The notes under the pieces were generated by a model. The model saw only the letters and a program-made list of their open reading frames with translations, was not told where the DNA came from and ran no database searches. Both the position numbers and the translations under genes were made by a program. This document shows, piece by piece, positions 28,463-37,598 of a stretch of DNA of 40,291 nucleotides. How positions within the stretch are numbered: position 1 is the first letter of the stretch; each line of letters starts with the position of its first letter. Location: NCBI GenBank assembly GCA_012839865.1, contig DUMO01000010.1:1-40291 (forward strand), written 5' to 3'. This DNA comes from Clostridiaceae bacterium. Lineage in GTDB: Bacteria > Bacillota > Clostridia > CAYPLH01 > DUMO01.

Positions 28463-29020
28463 CTAAAGAGCAGGAGAGCGGCCGTTGTAATGATCCAAAA
28501 ATGACTGATACCTCTCCGGGCTGAGCCTTAACTCATAATAACATCTCGAACCATATCTGTCTGCAGCAAAGAAGGACATGCATTTGTTGCAGGTAAATAT
28601 TCTTTCAATATATTTCCCGCCTTCTTTAGTATCGATTAACTTCCTGTTGTGGAATAAAGTTTTGTATAAAGGCTGCCCGCAAATCGGGCAGGCATAAGCC
28701 GATATGATAAAGTGGGATGATATGTAAGGCGGATATTTGCTTATATTTCCGCTAAACTCCTTTATAATTTCATTTTTTCTTATAAAATTGCTGTTTGTGT
28801 AACTATCCGCACTATTTGCATAACTATTATTACTACTTGCACAACCATCCTTACTGCTTGTGTTGCCCGCATCAACGTTTATACCGAACAAACCGGAGGT
28901 GTATGCCTCTCTGGCAAAGGGTTGACTTTCTACCCATTTATGCCTGCTTTCCACTATTTTGTACCCTTGATTCCATGCTTCCATTGTAATGAAGTTATTT
29001 TCCTGTATTAAATTATCCAT
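28463..29020 (-). CDS. Hypothetical protein with putative zinc ribbon
   Basis: 185-aa ORF filling the gap between two plus-strand genes; CPIC and CNKC pairs; Ser/Asn-rich linker. Confidence 0.5.
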   Translation of the reverse strand: MDNLIQENNFITMEAWNQGYKIVESRHKWVESQPFAREAYTSGLFGINVDAGNTSSKDGCASSNNSYANSADSYTNSNFIRKNEIIKEFSGNISKYPPYISSHFIISAYACPICGQPLYKTLFHNRKLIDTKEGGKYIERIFTCNKCMSFFAADRYGSRCYYELRLSPERYQSFLDHYNGRSPAL

Positions 29021-29246
29021 AAAATTACTGAATTGCAGAGGTCACGTTGCCGCCCCAAGTAAAATTATGCCACAATCCTGACAAAATGAAACAACAAATT
29101 GGTGGTATTATTTATATACAATTGGAATTTATTGTGGTAAAATTGTATAAAAACACTTTTTGGGCATGTAAAACCCACCAAATAAAAGGACTAAGGCACT
29201 TTTCGCACACACCATCTCATCTTGTGCCTTGTGCAAAGGGAAAGGA

Positions 29247-32200
29247 ATGAATACTTACATGAGCATGAGGAAGTACATATCAGTTGTACTGGTAATTTTA
29301 CTGCTGCCAGTGGCTTTTTTCACCTATGCATACGCCGGCTTCAATGATATTTCAGAGGATGAGCCGTATGCCGATGTGCTTTTGCGTATGGAAGAGTTCG
29401 GAATTATGACCGGTGACAGCGAAGGCAATTTCAGGCCCGATGACGTTTTGACAAGAGAAGAGTTTGCCAAAACCATATTAATACTGTGCAACCTTGAGAG
29501 TACAGCAGGTCCGCTTATGGGAATAAGCATATACTCTGACGTTGAGCCTGACCGCTGGTCATGCGGTTATATAAATGCTGCCGTAAACAAAGGCTACATA
29601 TCTGGAAAACCTGACGGTACTTTCGGCCCGGAAGTTCCTGTAACTTTTGCTGAAGTCTGTACGGCTATGGTCAAGGCCCTTGGTTATAAAGACACCGATT
29701 TGAGTGGTGTATGGCCAAAAAACTACATAAATAAAGCCGATGAATTGAAAATTACAGAGGGACTGGAGCTTGACGCAAACGACCCGGTTACCAGAAGAAA
29801 TTTTGCAATTATGGCGGACCGTTTGCTGGTTACCAATATTAAGTCCGATCCGTCCGCTAAAAAGACCTTTGCATCATCCATAGGACTTTTTACAGAATGT
29901 ATTATCCTGGGAGACAGTTCATCCATTAAGACCCTTGCTGCCAACCAGGTTGCCACAGACAGGGGTATATACTACCTGCAAGATTCGGATGTGAAGCTTG
30001 AAACAGGCAACCAGTACGGACTTGTTTTAGTAGATGATACAATAACAAGGGTATACAGCAAGCTCAGAACCATTGATACAGTAACCGCAACAAAATATTT
30101 GGACAAGACCGTCACATATTCCACTGAAGTTGGTCAAAAGGAAATGGTGCTTCCCAAGAAAACCGTTTATTATTACAAGGGGGATAAAATAGCATATCAA
30201 AACCTGGACACAATTCTTGGTGTCAATTCAAACATCATATTTGCATGGAATAAAAACAAATCAGGCTATGAGTATGCAGTGATTCTCGACCCTGAGGAAG
30301 GTTCCCCGGCACTTTATAACGAATGCATAATCCTGGGGGATTTTACCACGATGGAAAACCTGTCTCAAAATCAGGTCCTCACAGACAAGGGCATCTATTA
30401 TGTAACGGATCCCGAAATCAGTTTTGAGATCGGAAATACATACGGAATGGCAATTGAAGGCGATACAATAATAATGGTGTACAACCAGATTAAGAACCTT
30501 GAAAGAGTAACCGTGCTAAAATACATAGACAATACGGTAACTTATTCAACAGCCTTTGGGGACAGGGAAATGGTATTGCCTGAAAAAACCGTCTATTATT
30601 ACAACGGAAACAAAATAGCCTATGGCAGCCTTGGGAGTGTGCTGGATGTAAATTCCACGATAATATTTGCCCTCAATAAGAACAACCTGGGCTATGAGTA
30701 TGCTGTTATTCTGGACCCTGTTTACAGCAGGCCGGAAATAGCTCTAAACTACAACCCCGACAAGATGAAGGCGGGAGGCATTTCTCTATACAATACACTG
30801 ATTGTAAGAAACGGGGAGCTTGTAGAACCCGCCGGGATAGAGGAACTGGACGTAGTATACAATGTATACGATTTCTATAGAACCACCCGTTATGTAATGG
30901 TGGTATCCGACAAGGTTGAGGGGGAACTTCAGGGCATTTACCCAAACTACATTTCACCCAAAACCATACAGGTTGACGGAAAAACCTATGAATTCAGCCG
31001 GTATATGAATTTCTCCAAAATTTCCACCGTATCATCGGAATTTAAAAAGGAAGATGAAGTAACCCTGCTTCTTGGACGTGACGGAAAAGTAGTGGACATT
31101 TACAAAAAGGAATTTGCATGGCAGGAGACGGAAATAATTATTACCGGAACACCGAAAACCATAGCAACATTATCCGAAAATCAAATTTTCACCGACAAGG
31201 GCGTGTTCTATGTTGCCGAGGGGCTTGAATTCACCCTTGGGAACAAGTACATGGTGGAATTTGATGAGGATAAAATCATCAAAATAAAAGAAGAACTTAA
31301 GACTCTGACAAACATTACAATAAGTGAAGTATTGGATAACACCATAACATACGGTTTCCCTGAAAACAAGACCATGGTGCTGCCGGAGAAAACCGTATAC
31401 TACTACAACGGCCAGAGGCTCTCAAATTACAACAGCATCAGGGATCTTCTCAATGTTAATACTTCAATAATTTTTGCGTACAATGATGAAAAAACGGGCT
31501 ATGAGTATGCAATTTTGCTGGATCCTGTTTACAGCAAGCCGCAGGTTGCCCGGGATTACCAGTCCTGGATGAACAGGGTTGGGGATATCAGCCTGATTGG
31601 AGTCCGCATAATCAAGAACGGGGAAATTATCAAAGCTGATGAGATAGAAGACATGGACGTGGTTTACGAAGTCTCCGATTATTTTGGCACAAGCAAATAT
31701 GTATTGGTTGTTGCCGACCGTGTGGAAGGCGAGATACTTGGTATTCTCCCCAACAAGCTTTCACCCCGCCAGGTTAATCTTGGCGGAAAAATATATAATC
31801 TCAGCCCGGATATGAATTTTGACAAAGTTAAGAGCACATCCACCTCCTTTAAGACAGGGGATGAAATCATTGCACTTTTAGGGTATGACGGCAGGGTTGT
31901 CGACATGTTGTATGAAGCAGCGGAGGAAGCATCCGACCTTGCTGTAGTGTTGAATTACCATAAGACAATTTCCACAGACCTTGTTGACTACGGAACGGTT
32001 ATAAATTATGTCAAACTGCTTCTTGCAAACGGTCAGACAGTAACCTGGAAAGTGGACGAGGAGCCATTCTCCCTTAAAGGAACCATGGTGAAATATATAA
32101 AGGAAGATCTTGACCCGGACCCGGAAGTTGAGGATATTAAAGTTACCCTAAGCCAGATCAATATTGCAGGAATGCTGAAAGAATATACCATCGACAGGGA

Positions 32201-32828
32201 AGAAGGCAAGATTGGCGACAGCTATGTAACGGACAATGTACTCATATTCAACCGCATACACAATACAGCCAACATGGATGCCGAGGTTGACATTTTAAGA
32301 TGGGATGAGATGCCCAACGGAACCCTTAAAGTCGGAAAGATAATCTATGTCAACCAGGCGGGAGAGTTTGGGGACGTTAATCTCATATTTGCCGACGACC
32401 TGTTTGACGAGAAATACAAATACGGAGTCGTAACTTCAATAGACTTAGGAACCGTCTGCAGGGTTAACATGCTTATAAACGGAGTGCCATACCAATTCCT
32501 GTCACCTGAGCGGGTATCGGGAGAAATCGGAACGGTTGTCAAAGTAGAAGTCATAAACAACAATATAACAAAAATAGTTGAATGGCTGCCTGCTGCAGCA
32601 CAGTCCACAACAATCCAGGCGGTGGATAAAAAAAGAGTGAAGATTGATGATGTCATCTATCCTTTCACAGACGGCGCAGTCATATACTTCAAGGATTCCG
32701 GCGCCAGAATAACCGTACAGGGTATAAAGGACATTGATACCACCAAAACCTACGGCAAAGTATCGGTATATCTAGACAAGCCGCTGGATCAAAAGGGCAA
32801 GGTTCAGGCATTGGTGATATATGAATAA
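29247..32828 (+). CDS. Secreted SLH-domain cell-surface protein with internal repeats
   Basis: Signal peptide (MRKYISVVLVILLLPVAFFTYAYA), SLH motifs IMTGDSEGNFRPDDVLTREE, ISGKPDGTFGPEVPVTFAE, DPVTRRNFA. Exact start uncertain (29247/29259/29265). Confidence 0.85.
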   Translation: MNTYMSMRKYISVVLVILLLPVAFFTYAYAGFNDISEDEPYADVLLRMEEFGIMTGDSEGNFRPDDVLTREEFAKTILILCNLESTAGPLMGISIYSDVEPDRWSCGYINAAVNKGYISGKPDGTFGPEVPVTFAEVCTAMVKALGYKDTDLSGVWPKNYINKADELKITEGLELDANDPVTRRNFAIMADRLLVTNIKSDPSAKKTFASSIGLFTECIILGDSSSIKTLAANQVATDRGIYYLQDSDVKLETGNQYGLVLVDDTITRVYSKLRTIDTVTATKYLDKTVTYSTEVGQKEMVLPKKTVYYYKGDKIAYQNLDTILGVNSNIIFAWNKNKSGYEYAVILDPEEGSPALYNECIILGDFTTMENLSQNQVLTDKGIYYVTDPEISFEIGNTYGMAIEGDTIIMVYNQIKNLERVTVLKYIDNTVTYSTAFGDREMVLPEKTVYYYNGNKIAYGSLGSVLDVNSTIIFALNKNNLGYEYAVILDPVYSRPEIALNYNPDKMKAGGISLYNTLIVRNGELVEPAGIEELDVVYNVYDFYRTTRYVMVVSDKVEGELQGIYPNYISPKTIQVDGKTYEFSRYMNFSKISTVSSEFKKEDEVTLLLGRDGKVVDIYKKEFAWQETEIIITGTPKTIATLSENQIFTDKGVFYVAEGLEFTLGNKYMVEFDEDKIIKIKEELKTLTNITISEVLDNTITYGFPENKTMVLPEKTVYYYNGQRLSNYNSIRDLLNVNTSIIFAYNDEKTGYEYAILLDPVYSKPQVARDYQSWMNRVGDISLIGVRIIKNGEIIKADEIEDMDVVYEVSDYFGTSKYVLVVADRVEGEILGILPNKLSPRQVNLGGKIYNLSPDMNFDKVKSTSTSFKTGDEIIALLGYDGRVVDMLYEAAEEASDLAVVLNYHKTISTDLVDYGTVINYVKLLLANGQTVTWKVDEEPFSLKGTMVKYIKEDLDPDPEVEDIKVTLSQINIAGMLKEYTIDREEGKIGDSYVTDNVLIFNRIHNTANMDAEVDILRWDEMPNGTLKVGKIIYVNQAGEFGDVNLIFADDLFDEKYKYGVVTSIDLGTVCRVNMLINGVPYQFLSPERVSGEIGTVVKVEVINNNITKIVEWLPAAAQSTTIQAVDKKRVKIDDVIYPFTDGAVIYFKDSGARITVQGIKDIDTTKTYGKVSVYLDKPLDQKGKVQALVIYE

Positions 32829-32914
32829 TATATAATAATTTACAAGAGCTTGGCTGAAAACCCAAAACTTTAGTCATTGGGATGAAGGCTTATCTTAACA
32901 AGTGAGGAGCTGTT

Positions 32915-33550
32915 ATGCGAAGAATAATTGACAGGTGCGCATATTCCCTTGCAAAGGGTCTGGCAAACCAACTAAACGAGAACCATCAAAAACGGAGCGT
33001 TTATTACTACGGATTCCAGATTGTAATCGGTTCAGCGGCTAAACTAACGCTGCTTGCCGTGATTTCTGCTGTTTTAGGAGTATTTTTCCCCGCAGTTGTC
33101 ATACTTTTTACCTTTGCCTTGCTTAGAATAATCGCAGGAGGAGTGCATCTGGACACCTTCGGCAAGTGTATAACATCCTCCCTTATCCTGATTATAACAG
33201 GAGGGCTGATTTCGAGGTATACGTTTGAATACTGGCCCTTTGAGCTTCTTGCAGCTTTTTTGGCCATAGTCTTCCTGTCAAGCCTGTTTATTATGATAAA
33301 ATGGGCTCCAGCGGATTCGCCCAATAAGCCGATTACAAAACCTGAAGAAATTAAAAAGTTTAAAACCTGGTCAATTGTCTTTGTTCTGGCCTGGGGAGCC
33401 CTGGTATCCCTGCTTGTGGCCTTCAATTTGCACATGTATGCGATAGCAACAGGCTATGGATTGATTATGCAGTCATTCACAGTAACTCCGGCAGGCTACA
33501 GGTGGTTTGAAGCATACCAGGACAAGCTGAACGGGGCAAAGACGAAATAA
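32915..33550 (+). CDS. agrB: AgrB-family membrane peptidase
   Basis: YYYGFQI, LRIIAGGVHLDTFGKC (Arg-x-x-AGG-x-His...Cys), WAPADSPNKPI; GAGGAG RBS. Confidence 0.8.
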   Translation: MRRIIDRCAYSLAKGLANQLNENHQKRSVYYYGFQIVIGSAAKLTLLAVISAVLGVFFPAVVILFTFALLRIIAGGVHLDTFGKCITSSLILIITGGLISRYTFEYWPFELLAAFLAIVFLSSLFIMIKWAPADSPNKPITKPEEIKKFKTWSIVFVLAWGALVSLLVAFNLHMYAIATGYGLIMQSFTVTPAGYRWFEAYQDKLNGAKTK

Positions 33551-33760
33551 CATCCCATTATTTGAACGCTCATCAGTGAACCATGACGGGGATTGCACCT
33601 TTAATTCATGAACAACTAGCTCTAATACAGCTTTTACGGCAAGGCATTTTAAACTGATTGTTTTCCTTGACGAAGCCGCACTTACAGCATTAGAGCTGAT
33701 TGTTCATTACAAGTGCCTGGACACTAACGTTGGAAAACCAGCATTTGCAAAGCCTAAGAC

Positions 33761-33861
33761 ACATCTTTACAAATATCGAATAAGGTAATAAAATAGAAGG
33801 AAACTATAAATGGGGTCTGAAAATAGTTTTTATTTTATTTTCGCCCATATTGTAAAGGTGT
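33761..33861 (+). promoter_or_regulatory. nadABC promoter with inverted operator-like half sites
   Basis: TTTACA (33766-33771), 17 bp, TAAAAT (33789-33794); ACATCTTTACAA (33761-33772) and TTGTAAAGGTGT (33850-33861) are 11/12 inverted matches. Confidence 0.5.
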
Positions 33862-33868
33862 TTTTTAT

Positions 33869-34780
33869 ATGGATAAAAAAAATTTGATCAATAAGATAAT
33901 GGCGTTGAAAAAGGAACATAACGCTGTAATTGTTGCTCACAACTACCAGGTGGATGATGTGCAGGAGCTGGCGGATGTAACAGGCGACTCCTTTGCCCTT
34001 AGCAAATATTGCGCTTCCACAAAATATGATGTAGTTGTTTTTTGTGGTGTCCATTTCATGGCAGAAAGCGCCAAGATTCTATCTCCCGATAAAACAGTGC
34101 TGCTGCCGGAAATTGACGCAGGCTGTCCCATGGCAAACATGGTAACGGCAGAAACATTGAGAAAAGCCAAAAAGGAGCACCCGAAGGCGGCTGTAGTCTG
34201 TTATATAAACTCCTCTGCGGAGGTCAAGGCTGAAAGCGATATCTGCTGCACTTCGTCAAATGCACTCAAGGTGGTAAAATCCCTTGAACAGGAAGAAGTA
34301 TTATTTGTGCCGGACAAGAACCTGGGACATTATATTTCAAAACAGCTTCCGGAAAAGAAGTTTATCTTTTGGGACGGATTCTGCGTAACACATCACAGGG
34401 TTACTCCGGAGCAGGTCATAAAAGCCAGAGAGGCGCAGCCTGATGCTATATTGCTGGTTCATCCCGAATGCCGGCCGGAAGTGGTCGAAATGGCTGATTT
34501 TGTTGGAAGTACAAGGCAGATAATTCAATATGCCAATTCATCACCTCATAAAAAATTCATTATCGGAACTGAAATGGGCATAATGTACCAGCTCAGGACG
34601 GAAAACCCTGACAAGGAGTTTTACCTTTTGGCCCAGAGTTTCGTATGTCCCAACATGAAGAAGACATCCCTGAACAGTGTATATGAAGCGTTGAGGGATA
34701 TGAAATACAAGATTGAACTGGATGAAGACATCCGGTTGAAAGCAAAAACAGCCCTTGACAGAATGCTTGCGATTGAATAG
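33869..34780 (+). CDS. nadA: Quinolinate synthase A
   Basis: [42 protein letters not shown]. Confidence 0.97.
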   Translation: MDKKNLINKIMALKKEHNAVIVAHNYQVDDVQELADVTGDSFALSKYCASTKYDVVVFCGVHFMAESAKILSPDKTVLLPEIDAGCPMANMVTAETLRKAKKEHPKAAVVCYINSSAEVKAESDICCTSSNALKVVKSLEQEEVLFVPDKNLGHYISKQLPEKKFIFWDGFCVTHHRVTPEQVIKAREAQPDAILLVHPECRPEVVEMADFVGSTRQIIQYANSSPHKKFIIGTEMGIMYQLRTENPDKEFYLLAQSFVCPNMKKTSLNSVYEALRDMKYKIELDEDIRLKAKTALDRMLAIE

Positions 34781-34794
34781 GAAAGAAGGCCTAT

Positions 34795-36390
34795 ATGTTG
34801 AATCAATATAGATATTTGGTAGATTTTAACACAGATGAACTGGAAAAGGAATATTTTGATGCGGTGATTGTCGGAAGCGGTATTGCAGGGGTTTACACAG
34901 CTTTGGTCATACCTGACAATTTGCACATAGCAATTTTGACCAAGGAAACTCTTGATATAAGCAATTCTGTTCTTGCCCAGGGAGGCATCGCCGTATCGCT
35001 GGATAAAGAAGATTCACCCGAATTGCATTTCAAGGACACTATTTTTGCAGGAGCCGGGCTTTGCAACGAGGATAGTGTGTGGGTGCTTGTAAACGAAGCC
35101 GCTGAAAACATAAATAGTTTGTGCAAGTTTGGTGTCAACTTCGATAAAAGCGGCAAAGGCGAGCTGGCCTTGGGGCGTGAAGCTGCCCACAGCAAAAACA
35201 GGATAATCCACGTGGGAGATGCCACGGGGAAGGAAGTATGCGACAAGCTGATTCACAATGTACTGAACAAGAAAAATGTTGAAATAAAAGAGAGAACCTT
35301 TGCAATTGATATTCTGACTTCGGACGGAAAATGCAATGGTGTCCTGGCTTACGACGAGGACAGCGGTAAGCTCAAGGTATATGCTTCACCCAATGTGGTT
35401 TGTGCAACCGGCGGATATGGCCAGCTTTATGAGTACACCACAAATCCGGAGGTGGCCACAGGCGACGGCACATGCATGGCGTACCGGGCAGGGGCTACCC
35501 TAATGGATCTTGAATTTGTACAGTTCCATCCAACCGTTCTTTACCATCCTGATAATAAAAGTTTTCTCATATCGGAGGCTGTAAGGGGTGAAGGGGCGAG
35601 GCTTATAAATGCCGAGGGCAAACGCTTCATGCAGGAATACCACGAGCTTATGGAGCTTGCTCCAAGGGATGTTGTTGCCAGGTCTATATTTAAGGAAATG
35701 AAAAAGACAAACTCCTCCAATGTGTATCTTGACATAACCTTCAAAGACAGCGAATATATAAAAAAGAGGTTCCCCACCATATATAGCACCTGCCTGAAAT
35801 ATGGAATAGACATTACAAAGGATTATATACCTGTAGCGCCTGCCGAGCATTACAGCATGGGGGGCATAAAGACGGATGCTTACGGCAGGACAAATATAGA
35901 AGGATTTTTCGCCTGTGGGGAAGCGGGCTGCAACGGTATACACGGTGCCAACAGGCTTGCAAGCAACTCCCTACTGGAAGGCCTTGTTTTCGGACGGCGA
36001 ATAGGGCAGGAAATAGCCAACAGGCGGATTGACAAGACAGAAGCTGTTTCTGTGAATTACAAAACAGACAGAAAGCTTTTGAGCATCGACAGGGATGCCA
36101 TAAAGAAGGACATCAAGAGAACAATGACCGAATATGTAGGAATAGAACGCAACGAGCAAGGACTTCTTACGGCGAGGGAAAAAATAAGAAATTACAAGTC
36201 GCAGGTTGAGAACTTGAAAAATGAAAGCATAAAGGATTTTGAAATTCAGAACATGCTGACTCTTTCGGAGCTTGTAATCAATTCAGCCCTTGAAAGAAAA
36301 GAGAGCCGCGGAGCCCATTATCGTTCCGACTACAGCAAGAGGGACGACGAAAACTGGAAACGGCACATACTGGTGCAGCGGAAAATATAG
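34795..36390 (+). CDS. nadB: L-aspartate oxidase
   Basis: IVGSGIAG, SVLAQGGIA, REAAHSKNRI, QFHPT, SEAVRGEG, HGANRLASNSLLEG, ESRGAHYR. Confidence 0.96.
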   Translation: MLNQYRYLVDFNTDELEKEYFDAVIVGSGIAGVYTALVIPDNLHIAILTKETLDISNSVLAQGGIAVSLDKEDSPELHFKDTIFAGAGLCNEDSVWVLVNEAAENINSLCKFGVNFDKSGKGELALGREAAHSKNRIIHVGDATGKEVCDKLIHNVLNKKNVEIKERTFAIDILTSDGKCNGVLAYDEDSGKLKVYASPNVVCATGGYGQLYEYTTNPEVATGDGTCMAYRAGATLMDLEFVQFHPTVLYHPDNKSFLISEAVRGEGARLINAEGKRFMQEYHELMELAPRDVVARSIFKEMKKTNSSNVYLDITFKDSEYIKKRFPTIYSTCLKYGIDITKDYIPVAPAEHYSMGGIKTDAYGRTNIEGFFACGEAGCNGIHGANRLASNSLLEGLVFGRRIGQEIANRRIDKTEAVSVNYKTDRKLLSIDRDAIKKDIKRTMTEYVGIERNEQGLLTAREKIRNYKSQVENLKNESIKDFEIQNMLTLSELVINSALERKESRGAHYRSDYSKRDDENWKRHILVQRKI

Positions 36391-36391
36391 A

Positions 36392-36492
36392 GGTACCAGG
36401 GGGACGGTTCTTGTGGTTCCTTTCAGGTGGGACAGGGGATGATTCCTGTCCCGGTAAGATAAAAACGGGACAAGGAACCGTCCCCTGTCCCG
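36392..36492. repeat. Cluster of three REP-like hairpins inside the nad operon
   Basis: GGTACCAGGGGGACGGTTCTTGTGGTTCC (36392-36420), GGGACAGGGGATGATTCCTGTCCC (36429-36452), inverted CGGGACAAGGAACCGTCCCCTGTCCCG (36466-36492). Confidence 0.8.
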
Positions 36493-36508
36493 GGTGAGGA
36501 GGCAGAAT

Positions 36509-37342
36509 ATGTTAAGTACCACTTTAATAGATAAAATAATAGAAAATGCTCTGATGGAGGATATGCCTTACGGCGATATCACCACCGACAATCTTATCCC
36601 TGAAGATTCCGTTTCCGAAGGGTATATTGTTGCGAAAGAACCAGGTGTGATTGCAGGGATTGAGGTTGCGGAAAGGGTATTTCACCTGCTCGACAAAAGC
36701 ATACAATTAAAGCTCCATGTTAAAGACGGAGATTATGTAAATAAAGGTGATATCATACTTGAAATAAAGGGAAACACAAGAGCCATTTTAAAAGGCGAAA
36801 GGACTGCCCTGAACCTGTTCCAGAGGATGTGCGGCATTGCAACCTTAACCTATAGAATAAAGGAGCAAGTCAGGGATTTGCCGGTAAGAATCGTAGACAC
36901 CAGAAAAACCGTACCCGGGCTTCGCTATCTGGACAAATATTCCGTAAGATGTGGGGGAGGACATAACCACAGGCTGGGTTTGTCCGATGCGGTACTTATC
37001 AAGGACAATCATATAAATGCCTCGGGAGGAATCAAAAAGGCTGTGGAAAAAGCCAGGGAAAGCATACCTCACACCATGACAATTGAAGTTGAAACCACAA
37101 CAATGGAAGAGGTGCAGGAAGCACTGGATGCCGGTGCGGACATTATCATGCTGGACAACATGAACCTGGAGCAAATGAAGCAGGCTGTTGAGCTAATAAA
37201 CAAAAGGGCACTGGTGGAGGCCTCCGGGAATATTACCATGGAAACTGTGCGAAATGTTGCTTTAACCGGTGTGGATATCATTTCAATAGGAGCCCTGACA
37301 CATTCAGTGAAGGCAATGGATCTGAGTTTGAAACTTAAATAG
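36509..37342 (+). CDS. nadC: Quinolinate phosphoribosyltransferase
   Basis: EDMPYGDIT, GERTALN, DTRKT, HRLGLSD, LIKDNHI, IMLDNM, EASG; ATG 36509 after GAGGAGG. Confidence 0.97.
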   Translation: MLSTTLIDKIIENALMEDMPYGDITTDNLIPEDSVSEGYIVAKEPGVIAGIEVAERVFHLLDKSIQLKLHVKDGDYVNKGDIILEIKGNTRAILKGERTALNLFQRMCGIATLTYRIKEQVRDLPVRIVDTRKTVPGLRYLDKYSVRCGGGHNHRLGLSDAVLIKDNHINASGGIKKAVEKARESIPHTMTIEVETTTMEEVQEALDAGADIIMLDNMNLEQMKQAVELINKRALVEASGNITMETVRNVALTGVDIISIGALTHSVKAMDLSLKLK

Positions 37343-37368
37343 TATATTGACAGCATGTAATTACATCA

Positions 37369-37598
37369 TGTGGATAAAACTAATTTTCATCCACAATTTA
37401 TACACATCAATGTGAAAAAATACTTTGAAAATGCTGAAAAGCCTGATAACATAAGGATTTCGGGATTCCACATATTTTTTGGTTATCCACAGGTTGAGAA
37501 ATAAAACTCAAAATATTTCCTGAAACCAAGAGGGTTTTAGCCTCCCTGAACTGTTGTGGAAAAGAGTAGACATCCATCATCTCAACTGCTGTGGATAA
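37369..37598. promoter_or_regulatory. DnaA-box cluster outside oriC
   Basis: TGTGGATAA 37369, TCATCCACA 37387, TTATACACA 37398, TGTGAAAAA 37411, TTATCCACA 37483, TGTGGAAAA 37555, TGTGGATAA 37590. Confidence 0.8.

Noticed and set aside
33608..33707. NAD+ riboswitch
   Set aside because: Lies upstream of the predicted promoter; known NAD+ riboswitch classes are from other lineages and I could not match their cores.
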